Counted from the first letter of the stretch, positions 1 through 10,282 are shown. The stretch is DNA of 64,000 bases from an uncultured bacterium (GCA_949283935.1 CASDUJ010000034.1:57885-121884); one strand, 5' to 3'. The notes: a model not told the origin generated them from the sequence alone. Translations and numbers: made by a program.

Positions 1-1139
1 TCGTAGGTGTTGGAGCTTCAAGAGTAAGGGATTTATTTGAACAAGCCAAAAAACATGCCCCTTGTATAGTTTTTATAGATGAAATTGATGCAGTAGGTCG
101 CCAAAGAGGTGCAGGACTTGGAGGTGGACATGACGAAAGAGAACAAACCTTAAATCAATTATTAGTAGAAATGGATGGCTTTGACGAAAACACCAATATA
201 ATTATAATAGCAGCAACAAACAGACCTGATATTCTTGATAACGCTTTATTACGTCCCGGGCGTTTTGACAGGCAAATAGCAGTAAGTTCCCCTGACATAA
301 AAGGGAGAGAAGAAATTTTAAAAGTACATGCCAAAAACAAACCTTTAGCAGATGATGTTGATTTAAAAATTTTAGCCAAAAGAACTCCAGGTTTTACAGG
401 AGCAGATTTACAAAATCTTTTAAATGAAGCAGCACTTTTTGCTGCAAGGTTAGGTAAAGAAAAAATTACAATGGAAGAAGTAGACAATTCAATTGACAAA
501 GTTATTGCAGGAGTAGAAAAAAAGAGCAAAGTAATGACAGAAGAAGATAAAGAAATTACTGCTTATCATGAAGTAGGTCATGCTTTAATTTTAAAACTTG
601 TTAAAACTGATGATGTATTACATAAAGTTTCAATTATTCCAAGAGGAATGGCCTTGGGAGTAACATGGCACAAACCAAAAGATGAAAGTGTATCTGTAAG
701 AAAAACAGCACTTCTTGGGAAAATAGTTACTTCGCTAGGAGGCAGAGCCGCAGAAGAAATAATTTTTGGAAAAGATAACATAACAACAGGTGCTTCTCAC
801 GATTTGCAAACAGTTACCAGAATTGCAAGAAAAATGGTAACTGAATGGGGAATGTCAGAAAAAATGGGAAATATAACTTATGGCAAATCAAATGATAATG
901 TATTTATGGGAAGAGATTTTGGTCACACAAGAGATTATTCCGAAGAAATAGCAGCACAAGTTGATGCCGAAGTCAAAAACATAGTGGATACACAATATGA
1001 ATTAGCCAAAAAACTTTTAACAGAAAACAAAGATATTATGGAAGCAATAGTAAAAATTTTGCTAGAAAAAGAAACTCTTGAAGAATCAGAAGTTGATGAA
1101 ATAATGAAAAACACAATTGCAAATAGAAATGAGGTATAA
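1..1139 (+). CDS. ftsH: ATP-dependent zinc metalloprotease FtsH (C-terminal ~378 aa; 5' end outside window)
   Basis: The frame is open from the window edge (codons from nt 3). The translation has the AAA+ context [16 protein letters not shown]...ATNRPDILD and the M41 zinc site HEVGHAL. Stop TAA at 1137-1139. Confidence 0.95.
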   Translation, partial: VGVGASRVRDLFEQAKKHAPCIVFIDEIDAVGRQRGAGLGGGHDEREQTLNQLLVEMDGFDENTNIIIIAATNRPDILDNALLRPGRFDRQIAVSSPDIKGREEILKVHAKNKPLADDVDLKILAKRTPGFTGADLQNLLNEAALFAARLGKEKITMEEVDNSIDKVIAGVEKKSKVMTEEDKEITAYHEVGHALILKLVKTDDVLHKVSIIPRGMALGVTWHKPKDESVSVRKTALLGKIVTSLGGRAAEEIIFGKDNITTGASHDLQTVTRIARKMVTEWGMSEKMGNITYGKSNDNVFMGRDFGHTRDYSEEIAAQVDAEVKNIVDTQYELAKKLLTENKDIMEAIVKILLEKETLEESEVDEIMKNTIANRNEV

Positions 1140-1140
1140 A

Positions 1141-2514
1141 ATGGGAGCAAGAATTCATCCTGAAGAATTAGATCCAAATTACAGAAACAAAAATTTTGAA
1201 GAAGTTACGAAAAATTTAACAAAAGAAAAAGCAATTGAAGAAGCTAAAAGATGCTTAAATTGCAAAAATGCAAGATGTGTAACAGGTTGTCCGGTCGGAA
1301 TAAATATTCCTGAATTTATTGCAAAATTAAAAGAAGGAAAAATTCAAGAAGCTGGAGATGTTATAAGACAAACAAGCTTACTTCCATCTGTATGCGGAAG
1401 AGTTTGTCCGCAAGAAAGGCAATGTGAAGGTAAATGTATACTTGGAATTAAATCTGAACCAATTGCTATAGGGGCCCTGGAACGTTTTACTGGAGATAAT
1501 TCTGTAGCGGAAATAGAAAAAGAAAAGCCAACGGGGAAAAAAGTTGCAATAATAGGTTCAGGATGTGCAGGAATAACTGCTGCTGCAGATTTGGCAAAAG
1601 CAGGTCATGAAGTTACTTTATTTGAAGCATTACATGCCTTTGGAGGCGTTTTAAGATATGGTATACCTCCATTTAGATTACCTAGAAAGGCTTTAGATAC
1701 CGAACTTGAAGGTCTAAGAAAGCTTGGGGTAAAACTTTGTAAAAATGTTGTTATTGGCAAATCATTAACTATTCAAGATTTAAAAGATGAAGGATATGAT
1801 GCGATATTCATTTGTTCTGGAGCTGGTTTACCGAAAATGCTTCATATTCCGGGAGAAAATTTAAATGGAGTATACAGTGCAAATGAATTTTTAACTAGGG
1901 TAAATCTTATGAATGCCCAAGAAAAAGAAACTCCTACGCCAATTTACATAGGGAAAAAAGTTGCAGTTGTAGGCGGAGGAAATACTGCTATGGATGCAGC
2001 TAGAGTGGCAAAAAGAGTAGGTTTTGAAGAAGTAACAATTGTATATAGACGTTCTGAAGCTGAATTACCTGCAAGATTAGAAGAAATTAGACATGCTAAA
2101 GAAGAAGGAATAGAATTCAAACTTCTTCATTCTCCCATTGAAATTCTTGGAGAAAACAACTATGTAACAAGTATTAAATTACAAGTTATGGAACTTGGAG
2201 AACCTGATGAAAGTGGCAGAAGAAGTCCTGTCCCTATTGAAGGTAATATAGTAAACATGGATGTAGATGTTGTAATTGTTGCTCTTGGAACCAATCCCAA
2301 TCCTATAATTCAACGTTCTGCCCAAAATGATAATTTAGCTTTAGAAACAGACAAAAGAGGCTATATAGTTGTAGACAAAGAAACTGGAAAAACCTCTATT
2401 GATGGAGTATTTGCAGGTGGAGATGTAGCCCCCACAGGTGAATCCAATGCCATAAATGCTATGGGAGCAGGAAAAAGAGCCGCTAAAGCAATCAATGAAT
2501 ATTTGAAAAAATAA
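1141..2514 (+). CDS. GltD/NfnB-family NAD(P)H-dependent oxidoreductase (glutamate synthase small-chain-like, Fe-S + FAD)
   Basis: Start placed at ATG 1141 (GAGGT upstream, directly after the ftsH stop). Two Cys clusters (CLNCKNARCVTGCP; CGRVCPQERQCEGKC) are followed by two Rossmann motifs (IIGSGCAG; VVGGGNTAMD). No large subunit or NfnA partner is adjacent. Confidence 0.85.
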   Translation: MGARIHPEELDPNYRNKNFEEVTKNLTKEKAIEEAKRCLNCKNARCVTGCPVGINIPEFIAKLKEGKIQEAGDVIRQTSLLPSVCGRVCPQERQCEGKCILGIKSEPIAIGALERFTGDNSVAEIEKEKPTGKKVAIIGSGCAGITAAADLAKAGHEVTLFEALHAFGGVLRYGIPPFRLPRKALDTELEGLRKLGVKLCKNVVIGKSLTIQDLKDEGYDAIFICSGAGLPKMLHIPGENLNGVYSANEFLTRVNLMNAQEKETPTPIYIGKKVAVVGGGNTAMDAARVAKRVGFEEVTIVYRRSEAELPARLEEIRHAKEEGIEFKLLHSPIEILGENNYVTSIKLQVMELGEPDESGRRSPVPIEGNIVNMDVDVVIVALGTNPNPIIQRSAQNDNLALETDKRGYIVVDKETGKTSIDGVFAGGDVAPTGESNAINAMGAGKRAAKAINEYLKK

Positions 2515-2529
2515 TTACAGGAGAACCAA

Positions 2530-4140
2530 GTGTTTTTGTTTATAATAAATATTGTTGCAATATTATTAGTAATATACCTTGCTATTTCCTATGTTTATTT
2601 CTATTATGTAGTTTATTGTGCTTCAAAAACTCGTATTGTTGACATAGAAAACAAAATTGCAGCAATTGATTATTTAAATACATTTAATGTAGTGGTTTAT
2701 GCTCACAATGCAGAGCAAACCATTACTACATTAATTAATGCCTTAAAAAATCAAGAATATAACAAAGAAAAATATGTAATAAACGTAATTCTTGATAATT
2801 GTATTGACGAAACCGCAAAAGTTTTGGAAATAAGTAGTGGTACAAGGCTATGGAGATTAAATTCTGAAGATGGACTTCCTGCAGGAAAAGCTGAATCCAT
2901 AAAATGGTTTTTTGACAGAATTTTCATTAATGACAAAAGCGACGCTTTTGTTTTTTTGAACGCAGATAGCACAATTAGACCTGACTTCCTTTCAAGATTA
3001 AATGACAAAATTAATCGTTCCTCTGTAGTAAGTGGCATAACTTTAAATAAAAACCTTTTTTCATCTTTTATTGGAAGAACAATCGGGTACAGAAAAATAT
3101 TTTTAAATACAATAATATTTGTTGGCAGAAATATTGCAGGATTTTTAAATTACCTTAACGATGACATATTTGCAATAAAAAAAGATGTTCTCTTACAAGT
3201 TCGTAATAATTTTTCCAAAGATATTGATTACCAATTTGAATTACCAATTAAACTTTCAAATATGAACATAAAAATGGAACATTCTCCTGATATAAGAGTT
3301 TTCAAACAATATTATGAAACAACAGATAATATTTTAGATTTTTTTAATAAAATTAATTTCAAAAAATTTTCTGTATTCAGAAAAAATTTTAAAAATATAT
3401 TTTCTCCAGATTATTCTCTAGCATCAAAAGAATACATTTTATCTGCATTATATCCAGGGGAATTTTTTGTGATAATCAGTTGTTTGTTTTTAATGAAATT
3501 TGCTTTCATAAATAATTTCATTTTAAGTTATCAGGGACCATACCTTATTTTTATATATTATTTTATATTGTTTTTATATTTGGCCCATGTAGCCAAATTT
3601 AATTTCCAAAAATTTACATTTTGGACTTGCTGGCTATTGTTTTCTCCTTTAGCTTTATTTTCAAATTATTTCATCAACTATTACAGTGAATACATACAAA
3701 AAAAACATAACGCAGAAGAAACAAAAATGAACGAAAATTCAACTTTTATTGATGTTCTTTTAACTAATGGAGATTTGGAATTATCTACAAAACTTGAAAT
3801 TATTAATGAAGATGCATTGTACAGAGTTGTTTTTTGGTACGAAAAAAAATATATGTCTTCCCAAAAATATTTACGTTTATCTGAAGCTTTAAAGGAAATT
3901 TCAGAAACTCTTATGGAAAAAGGATTTGCATTAAAGATTTGTCAAAATTGTGGTTATTTTGAATTTCAAAATAATGGAAGATCTGATTTTGACAGAGGGA
4001 ATTGTTATTTAAAAATGATAAAAAAGGAATCAAAATTTCCTGAACTTACTTCAGTTTGGGATTATTGCGAAAATATAATTCCTGAACATGCAAAAAATTT
4101 TGTAAGAAAAGAACTTGAAAATATTGATGAAGATAAATAA
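2530..4140 (+). CDS. Membrane-embedded family-2 glycosyltransferase (synthase-like) with a C-terminal Cys-rich cytosolic domain
   Basis: GTG start with an AGGAGAA SD 5 nt upstream. N-terminal TM, then a GT-A-like core (VVVYAHNAEQTI...ILDNCIDET...FLNADSTIRPDFL). Several hydrophobic segments fall around residues 300-385. The ~150 aa tail contains CQNCGYF...GNCYLKM...WDYCENIIPEH. Confidence 0.6.
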   Translation: MFLFIINIVAILLVIYLAISYVYFYYVVYCASKTRIVDIENKIAAIDYLNTFNVVVYAHNAEQTITTLINALKNQEYNKEKYVINVILDNCIDETAKVLEISSGTRLWRLNSEDGLPAGKAESIKWFFDRIFINDKSDAFVFLNADSTIRPDFLSRLNDKINRSSVVSGITLNKNLFSSFIGRTIGYRKIFLNTIIFVGRNIAGFLNYLNDDIFAIKKDVLLQVRNNFSKDIDYQFELPIKLSNMNIKMEHSPDIRVFKQYYETTDNILDFFNKINFKKFSVFRKNFKNIFSPDYSLASKEYILSALYPGEFFVIISCLFLMKFAFINNFILSYQGPYLIFIYYFILFLYLAHVAKFNFQKFTFWTCWLLFSPLALFSNYFINYYSEYIQKKHNAEETKMNENSTFIDVLLTNGDLELSTKLEIINEDALYRVVFWYEKKYMSSQKYLRLSEALKEISETLMEKGFALKICQNCGYFEFQNNGRSDFDRGNCYLKMIKKESKFPELTSVWDYCENIIPEHAKNFVRKELENIDEDK

Positions 4141-4160
4141 AACTATTTCAATTATGTTTA

Positions 4161-4169
4161 TGATAGAAT
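4161..4169 (+). promoter_or_regulatory. Candidate extended -10 element (TGATAGAAT) upstream of the ABC exporter
   Basis: TGnTAnAAT pattern 48 nt upstream of ATG 4217. It resembles the recurring ATGTTATAAT motif in this window. Confidence 0.3.
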
Positions 4170-4216
4170 TGTGATGTGTAATTGAATAATAAACAGAGAG
4201 GTTAATAAATACTTAA

Positions 4217-6061
4217 ATGACAATGCAATTAAAAGAACAACCTGAACAACAAACAAATGAAGATATACACATAATCAATAAAAAAACTTGGAAAGAAAAA
4301 TTAAAAGACAATAATTTTGTCAAAAATTATAGCAGAATGTGGCCATTTGTTAAACCTTATTGGTATAGGGCATTGATGGCTATGTTAATATGTATTCCTA
4401 TTGGATGTTTAGATGCAGTAATAGCTTGGTCTTTAAAACCCTATATGGATGTAGTTTTGGTAGCCAAAGAAAAATCTTTCTTTGTAACCTGGGGAGTTCC
4501 TTTGGCAATTATATTGTTCACAACAGTTCAAGGAATTTGTAATTATTTGGGTGATTATTTAAATGTATGGGTTGGTCAAAAAATTGCAATGGATTTGAAG
4601 AAAAAACTATATTCAAAATTACTGTCTTTTGAAACTTCATTTTTTGACAAAAACACATCAGGAGATGTCGTTTACAGATTTAACCAAGATGCTGAAATCG
4701 CTTGTAATGGGCTTTTAGCTAATTTAAAACTTTTTGTTTCCAGATTTTTCTCTTCCATTTCATTGCTTTGCGTATTATTAATTAATTCTTGGCAATTGTT
4801 CATAGTAGCAGCAACAGTTTTAGGCTTAGCGTTGGCTCCTTTGGCTTTCGTTAGAAAAAGAATTGAATCTGCAGTTGGAGAAAATGTTGTGGCTGTAAGT
4901 AAGATTGTTACTACATATAATGAATCCTATGCAGGAAATAAAACCATTGCATCTTATAATTTACAAAATAAACTTTTCAATGAATTTAGCGAATTACTTA
5001 AAAGCTTCTTTTCAATTATTATGAAAATTACGCAACGTACTGCCATAATATCTCCTATTACATATTTTGTAATTTCTATAGGTATTGCTTCGGTTATTGC
5101 ATTTAGTAATTATTTAATAGTAAATGAACATATAACAAGTGGTAATTTTGTATCATTTATAACTGCTCTGGTAATGCTTTATCAACCACTAAAAAGTTTA
5201 AGCAACAACCTAAAAGATGTACAATTCTCTTTTATGGCAATTGAACGTGTGTATGAATTAATAGAAAAAGAACCTGCCGTAAAAAATATAGATAATCCAA
5301 TTGATTTGAATGAAATAAAAAACAACATAAAATTTAAAAATGTTAACTTTGAATATAATCCAGGGGTTCCAGTTTTGAAGGATATATCTTTTGAAACTCA
5401 TGCCGGGCAAACAATAGCTCTTGTGGGTAATTCTGGCGGAGGTAAAACAACTTTAGTAAATCTTATTCCCAGATTTTATGACATCACAGGAGGAAGTATT
5501 GAAATTGACGGAATAGATATTAGAAATTATTCTTTACATTCTTTAAGAGATAAAATTGCCGTAGTATTTCAAGATAATTTTTTATTTTCAGGAACAATTA
5601 GAGAAAATATTTTATTGGGAAAAGAGAATGCAACAGACGAAGAAATTCAAAAAGCTTTACAATGTGCATATTTGGATGAATTTGTTGCTACATTAGCAGA
5701 TGGAGTTGATACATATATAGGAGAAAGAGGAACTCTTCTTTCTGGCGGACAAAAACAACGTGTGGCTATAGCTAGAGCTTTTCTAAAAAATGCACCAATT
5801 GTTATATTAGATGAAGCAACAAGCGCTTTAGACAACAAAGCTGAAGCCGTCGTACAAAAAGCTATTGACAATTTAATGGATAATAGAACCGTTTTCGTTA
5901 TAGCACATAGATTATCAACTGTTCAAAATGCCGACAGAATCATGGTAGTTAATGATGGCAGAATTGTTGAAGCAGGAACACATGAAGAGTTACTAAATAT
6001 AGATAAAGGAGCTTACAAAGCCCTTTATATGGCACAATTCAAAACACAACCGGTTACATAA
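4217..6061 (+). CDS. ABC exporter, fused TMD-NBD (MsbA/lipid or glycan exporter-like)
   Basis: Six-helix type-I exporter N-terminal half. Walker A GNSGGGKTT, signature LSGGQKQR, Walker B IVILDEATSALD, H-loop AHRLST. Confidence 0.9.
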   Translation: MTMQLKEQPEQQTNEDIHIINKKTWKEKLKDNNFVKNYSRMWPFVKPYWYRALMAMLICIPIGCLDAVIAWSLKPYMDVVLVAKEKSFFVTWGVPLAIILFTTVQGICNYLGDYLNVWVGQKIAMDLKKKLYSKLLSFETSFFDKNTSGDVVYRFNQDAEIACNGLLANLKLFVSRFFSSISLLCVLLINSWQLFIVAATVLGLALAPLAFVRKRIESAVGENVVAVSKIVTTYNESYAGNKTIASYNLQNKLFNEFSELLKSFFSIIMKITQRTAIISPITYFVISIGIASVIAFSNYLIVNEHITSGNFVSFITALVMLYQPLKSLSNNLKDVQFSFMAIERVYELIEKEPAVKNIDNPIDLNEIKNNIKFKNVNFEYNPGVPVLKDISFETHAGQTIALVGNSGGGKTTLVNLIPRFYDITGGSIEIDGIDIRNYSLHSLRDKIAVVFQDNFLFSGTIRENILLGKENATDEEIQKALQCAYLDEFVATLADGVDTYIGERGTLLSGGQKQRVAIARAFLKNAPIVILDEATSALDNKAEAVVQKAIDNLMDNRTVFVIAHRLSTVQNADRIMVVNDGRIVEAGTHEELLNIDKGAYKALYMAQFKTQPVT

Positions 6062-7778
6062 TATTTTGTTTGCTAAAAAATTCATTAATTATTTGTTGAG
6101 CTTTTGAAGTTTCATTTGCTTTGTTTGGTAGTTGTTGATGTTGCAGTTCAGGTTTTTGATTTGGAATTTGTTTTTTAATTAAATTCTTGTCTTTTTTACC
6201 TTCAGTCATATGTTTGTTTATCAAAGGAACAATTATACCAAGAGCAATACAAGCATACAGCATTCCTATAAGTTTTGCTTTGTTTAATATTCCCAGTTTG
6301 CTAGAAATTGAACCATCAGGTCGAATCCAACCATTTTTATATATTTCTTTTAGGGATAAAACTTTGTTTTCTTTTATAACAGAAGATTTTAAAGTAGAAT
6401 TAATGACTTCTTCATGAGTTTTAATTGAAGAATTTTTAAGCCAATTCCACAGTCCTTTTCCTTGAGTTTCAGCATCATAATTTATCAAAGTTTTGTCTTT
6501 AAAATTAACAAAACATTTTGTAACAAGAGCACCTAAAACTAAAAAGTTAGTGTATCCTAAAAAATCACGGAAAGCACTTTCTCTAAGTTCATTTTTGTCA
6601 CTTGAAGCTAAAAGTCTTCCCAAAATAGTAGAACCATAAACTACTTTAATTTGATTAACTGTAGGAAGTGAACCCTTAAATTGTACTTTTGAAATTAAAT
6701 CTCGTAAAGATGATGCATTTAATGTTTTAAATATGTAAAAACCCATACCTAATACAGCTAATAATTTTAACGGTAAAAAAGTATGATCTTTCTTTTTCGG
6801 CTCTTTGCCTTTTTCCATGTGTTTACTATAGTTTGGATCTCCAACAAATCCTTTTATACCCGTCCTTTTTTGTGTAAGATGTCTGTTTATGGCCTGAGTT
6901 GACAAAGCAACAGCACAAATTGCAGCTAGCCCTAAACTTGTCTTACGAATACTTAGTTTTTTTAAATCTTGTACAAACATATTATTTGTAATATCAGTTG
7001 AAGTCTTAAAAGTTTCCAAAACATTTTTCTGCATAAAAGATTTTGTTAAAGCATATGCATCAGCAATAAAATGTTCGCCTTTAGTAGTGATTGCCTTATC
7101 TCCAAGCTTAACCCTCAAATTTTGAGTGGACGGAATATCTATATTTAAATAAGCTTCGAGCAAACTAGCTGTTTTAGAAGGTAATTTAAATGATTTGGAT
7201 TGATCCATTTGTTTAGAAATTTCATTTACAATAGCATTTTGATTTTCTTTGGATAAACCATACCAAATTTTATCTGTAGTATTTTTTAAATTTTCTGAAT
7301 TACCACCAAGTCCTTCAACATTTGAGAAAACTTTCTCCAAAAAAATTTTTCTTATTTGCTTTTCATCAACATTTTGATTTTCATCAACTACAGTTTTAAA
7401 AACTTTTGCCAAATTCTCTACTGTATCATCATTCGCCGTAATAGATTTAAAATCAACATTGTAACCTTTGTGTTTTAATCCTTGCGCAAGTAAAGTTGCT
7501 GCCCCAATACCAGCTACACCTATTGCGGCATGAGTTGCAGTAGAAGAGGCTTCTCTTATTGCAGTTTCTGTACCAGCTTCTTTATTACGTGTAAAATCAA
7601 TTATTGAGCGAGGAATAACCATAGACAAAAGATCAATGGCAGAAACACCTAATATCTCATGTTTGTTTATCGCCATAAAAGTAGCTGATATTAATTGCGA
7701 ACTTTTAAATGCAATATCACCTGTTTTTTTATTATTATAATTATTATTAATTGCTGTAATATTCAAAATATGCCTCAT
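6054..7778 (-). CDS. Uncharacterised multi-pass membrane protein, paralog A (574 aa)
   Basis: Long ORF starting 3 nt after the paralog B stop. It shares many sequence blocks with the upstream gene (GVSAIDLLSM..PRS..D.TRN, NVEGLGG, SLGLAAI, RTGIKGFVGD, LGMGF, NELRESAFRD, YACIALGIIVPLINKH). About 5 hydrophobic segments. No family recognised. Confidence 0.7.
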   Translation of the reverse strand: MRHILNITAINNNYNNKKTGDIAFKSSQLISATFMAINKHEILGVSAIDLLSMVIPRSIIDFTRNKEAGTETAIREASSTATHAAIGVAGIGAATLLAQGLKHKGYNVDFKSITANDDTVENLAKVFKTVVDENQNVDEKQIRKIFLEKVFSNVEGLGGNSENLKNTTDKIWYGLSKENQNAIVNEISKQMDQSKSFKLPSKTASLLEAYLNIDIPSTQNLRVKLGDKAITTKGEHFIADAYALTKSFMQKNVLETFKTSTDITNNMFVQDLKKLSIRKTSLGLAAICAVALSTQAINRHLTQKRTGIKGFVGDPNYSKHMEKGKEPKKKDHTFLPLKLLAVLGMGFYIFKTLNASSLRDLISKVQFKGSLPTVNQIKVVYGSTILGRLLASSDKNELRESAFRDFLGYTNFLVLGALVTKCFVNFKDKTLINYDAETQGKGLWNWLKNSSIKTHEEVINSTLKSSVIKENKVLSLKEIYKNGWIRPDGSISSKLGILNKAKLIGMLYACIALGIIVPLINKHMTEGKKDKNLIKKQIPNQKPELQHQQLPNKANETSKAQQIINEFFSKQNIM

Positions 7779-7781
7779 TTA

Positions 7782-9401
7782 TCAAGCTGTTTTGCTATCT
7801 CTCATAAAAGCAGTGAAAACTTTTTTTTGATCCAATTGAGTAGCGTAATCCGTTTCTTTTGAAATGTTTATTTTTTGATGTTTTTCCATTCCTTTTTTCT
7901 GAGTTCTGTGTTTGTTGTATATGGGTACAAGTAAACCAAGAACAATACAAGAATACAATAAGCCTGATGCTTGTGCAAATGCCCTATTTTTTCTTACAGC
8001 AGGATTATTGGCTAATTCTTCGAAACCTTTTAGTTCTGTGTGTCTAAACCAATGCCAAAATTTTTGAAATTTATTTGCATTAACAGGCAAAGCTTTTGTT
8101 TCGTTTAACAATTGTCCGGCCATTTCAGGATTTAATTTTTCCTTAATTGTTGCAAATCCTTTACTTACATAATCTCCAAGATAATAAAGATTAATAAATG
8201 TACAGGTATCTCTTAAAGCACTTTCTTTAAGCTCATTATCATTTGCAGAAGAAATAATTCTTCCGGAATATGTTACCGCACTAATAGCTCGGCATTGATC
8301 CATTGTAGGAAACATTCCGTTAAATTGAAACATGCTTTTTGTTGGCATTTTACCAAAAGAAGCAATTGCCAAAAAACCCATTCCTAAAGTACCCAAAATC
8401 TTGTGAAAATTTAATTTTCTGCGTTCTTTTTCACAAAATTCTTTTTTATCTATAACTTTTCCTTTCTTAATTTGTGCAATATAGTCGGCTTCACCTACAA
8501 AGCCATCATGTCCCGTTCTGTATTTTGTAAGCATTCTGTTAAAATACTGAAAAGAAGCACCAGCAGCAATAATAACAGCCAATCCTAAAGCACTTTTTTT
8601 ATTTATTAAAGTAGTTAATTTTTTACTAAAAGAAACAACTGTATCATCAGACATTTTAACAAAAGTACTGCCCATATCTTTCATATCTCGAGTCAAACTT
8701 TTTAAATTAGAATTTATTGAAAGTTCCTTTAATCCATCTAAAGCTACATAAGGCTTTTTATCTATAAATCTTATATTTCTAGAAGCACCTAATTTTTCTA
8801 TTAGTACATCAGTTGTTTTGCCAAGAAGTTCTTTATCTCCGCTAATAATTGCTTTAGCTATGTTATCATATAAAACATTTTTGTCTTTTAGAGAAGAAAT
8901 TTTTCTCCAGTCATTTTTTCCAGCTAAACCTTCAATATTATCTAAAACTTTAGCTACAAACTCACTAACACGTTTTTCTGGAGTTCCTTGTGTACTAAGC
9001 CAAGCGCTAGTCAAAGCTTCATTTGTATTTTGATTAGCCCAAAATTTAGAAGGTTCAAAACCAGCAAACTCTTTTCCCATAAGAGGTCTTTCTAAAAGTT
9101 TTGCTACACCATAAACAACAAAACTTGGCACCAAACAATTAATAATTAATCCTGCAGATTCTCTTAAAAAAGTCTCAGTAGCAGCAAAACCATTACGTGT
9201 AGCATCTACTACTGTTCGAGGACCAATCATTGACAACAAATCAATAATAGATACACCAATCATCGGACTTTTGTCGCTTGCAATTAATGCATTTGTTACA
9301 AAACTACTAATATTTCCAAATGTTTGCTTATTAGTATTATTTGAATTATTTTTTACCCTAGTCTTTACATTAGCGTTGTTTAAATTAAAATTAACAGTCA
9401 T
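7782..9401 (-). CDS. Uncharacterised multi-pass membrane protein, paralog B (539 aa)
   Basis: ATG 9401 has AAGGTAG upstream. Same block structure as paralog A (GVSIIDLLSM..PRT..D.TRN, NIEGLAG, SALGLAVI, RTGHDGFVGE, LGMGF, NELKESALRD, YSCIVLGLLVPIYNKH). Ends TGA at 7782-7784. Confidence 0.7.
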   Translation of the reverse strand: MTVNFNLNNANVKTRVKNNSNNTNKQTFGNISSFVTNALIASDKSPMIGVSIIDLLSMIGPRTVVDATRNGFAATETFLRESAGLIINCLVPSFVVYGVAKLLERPLMGKEFAGFEPSKFWANQNTNEALTSAWLSTQGTPEKRVSEFVAKVLDNIEGLAGKNDWRKISSLKDKNVLYDNIAKAIISGDKELLGKTTDVLIEKLGASRNIRFIDKKPYVALDGLKELSINSNLKSLTRDMKDMGSTFVKMSDDTVVSFSKKLTTLINKKSALGLAVIIAAGASFQYFNRMLTKYRTGHDGFVGEADYIAQIKKGKVIDKKEFCEKERRKLNFHKILGTLGMGFLAIASFGKMPTKSMFQFNGMFPTMDQCRAISAVTYSGRIISSANDNELKESALRDTCTFINLYYLGDYVSKGFATIKEKLNPEMAGQLLNETKALPVNANKFQKFWHWFRHTELKGFEELANNPAVRKNRAFAQASGLLYSCIVLGLLVPIYNKHRTQKKGMEKHQKINISKETDYATQLDQKKVFTAFMRDSKTA

Positions 9402-9703
9402 CTGCTACCTTGTAATCATTCCAGATTTATATCATAACAACTACACGTCAGTTTTAAAACACTTCCAAGGAAAAATTTGCTACGTGGCTATTTTTTCATT
9501 AAAACCTCAAAAGCAATAATAACCTGAAAAAATATATTGTTTTTTTAATATATGGGACACTTTGGGTATTTTTTTTATTTTTCTCACTAATTTAACTTAT
9601 TTATGATTGATTTTTTATAAAAACAATTAATTTTTTACTTTTTTTACAATTCTTAATGTTTTTTTGTCAAAAAATAAGACCAAATTTAAAACAAGAAATT
9701 ATT

Positions 9704-10144
9704 TTAAGCCAAGCGATTGAATTTTGTCACATATTCCAAAATTGCACCACCAATTTCTTCATTAGGGTCAAAATTTGCCAAAGGTTTTGAAGCAAAACTA
9801 TTTCTTAAAAGCATCGCACACAAAGGTCCAAAAGCATCAGGAATAAGAATTTTCCTATATATCCCAGCTAAAAAGGTTTGCACATAAGGAGAATTTGAGC
9901 AATTAAATCTTGAAAATACTGGGTACATTTTCTCAATACCTTTTACCCCATTGTCTAACAATTTATCAATTATATATAAACTTTCCAAAATTTGAGGCTC
10001 ACTAGAAGACTTACTTAATACATCGCTTAAATAAGGTAAAGCAAATTCTTTTTGTTTTAAAAAATAGTTCACACGTTCTGAGTTAAAAACACAATAATTT
10101 CTATTACCTTGAGGATACTGAACAAAATTTACAGGAGAACACAT
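9704..10144 (-). CDS. Hypothetical 146-aa soluble protein (helical-repeat-like)
   Basis: ATG 10144 with an AAAGGA SD 7 nt upstream. Composition and periodicity suggest alpha-helical repeats. No motif recognised. Confidence 0.55.
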   Translation of the reverse strand: MCSPVNFVQYPQGNRNYCVFNSERVNYFLKQKEFALPYLSDVLSKSSSEPQILESLYIIDKLLDNGVKGIEKMYPVFSRFNCSNSPYVQTFLAGIYRKILIPDAFGPLCAMLLRNSFASKPLANFDPNEEIGGAILEYVTKFNRLA

Positions 10145-10251
10145 GCAATTATCCTTTCCCTAAGTTTAATATTTATTTTTAAACAAAATCAAAGATAATT
10201 GTCAAGAAAATATAAAGAATCAAAGAAAATGTTCTTTTTTTTCTTTGTGCA

Positions 10252-10260
10252 TGTTAGAAT
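10252..10260 (+). promoter_or_regulatory. Candidate extended -10 element (TGTTAGAAT) for gdhA
   Basis: CATGTTAGAAT lies 38 nt upstream of ATG 10298, and TTGTCA is further upstream. It matches the window-wide ATGTTA[TG]AAT pattern. Confidence 0.35.
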
Positions 10261-10282
10261 CTACAATTGCAAGAAAACATAA

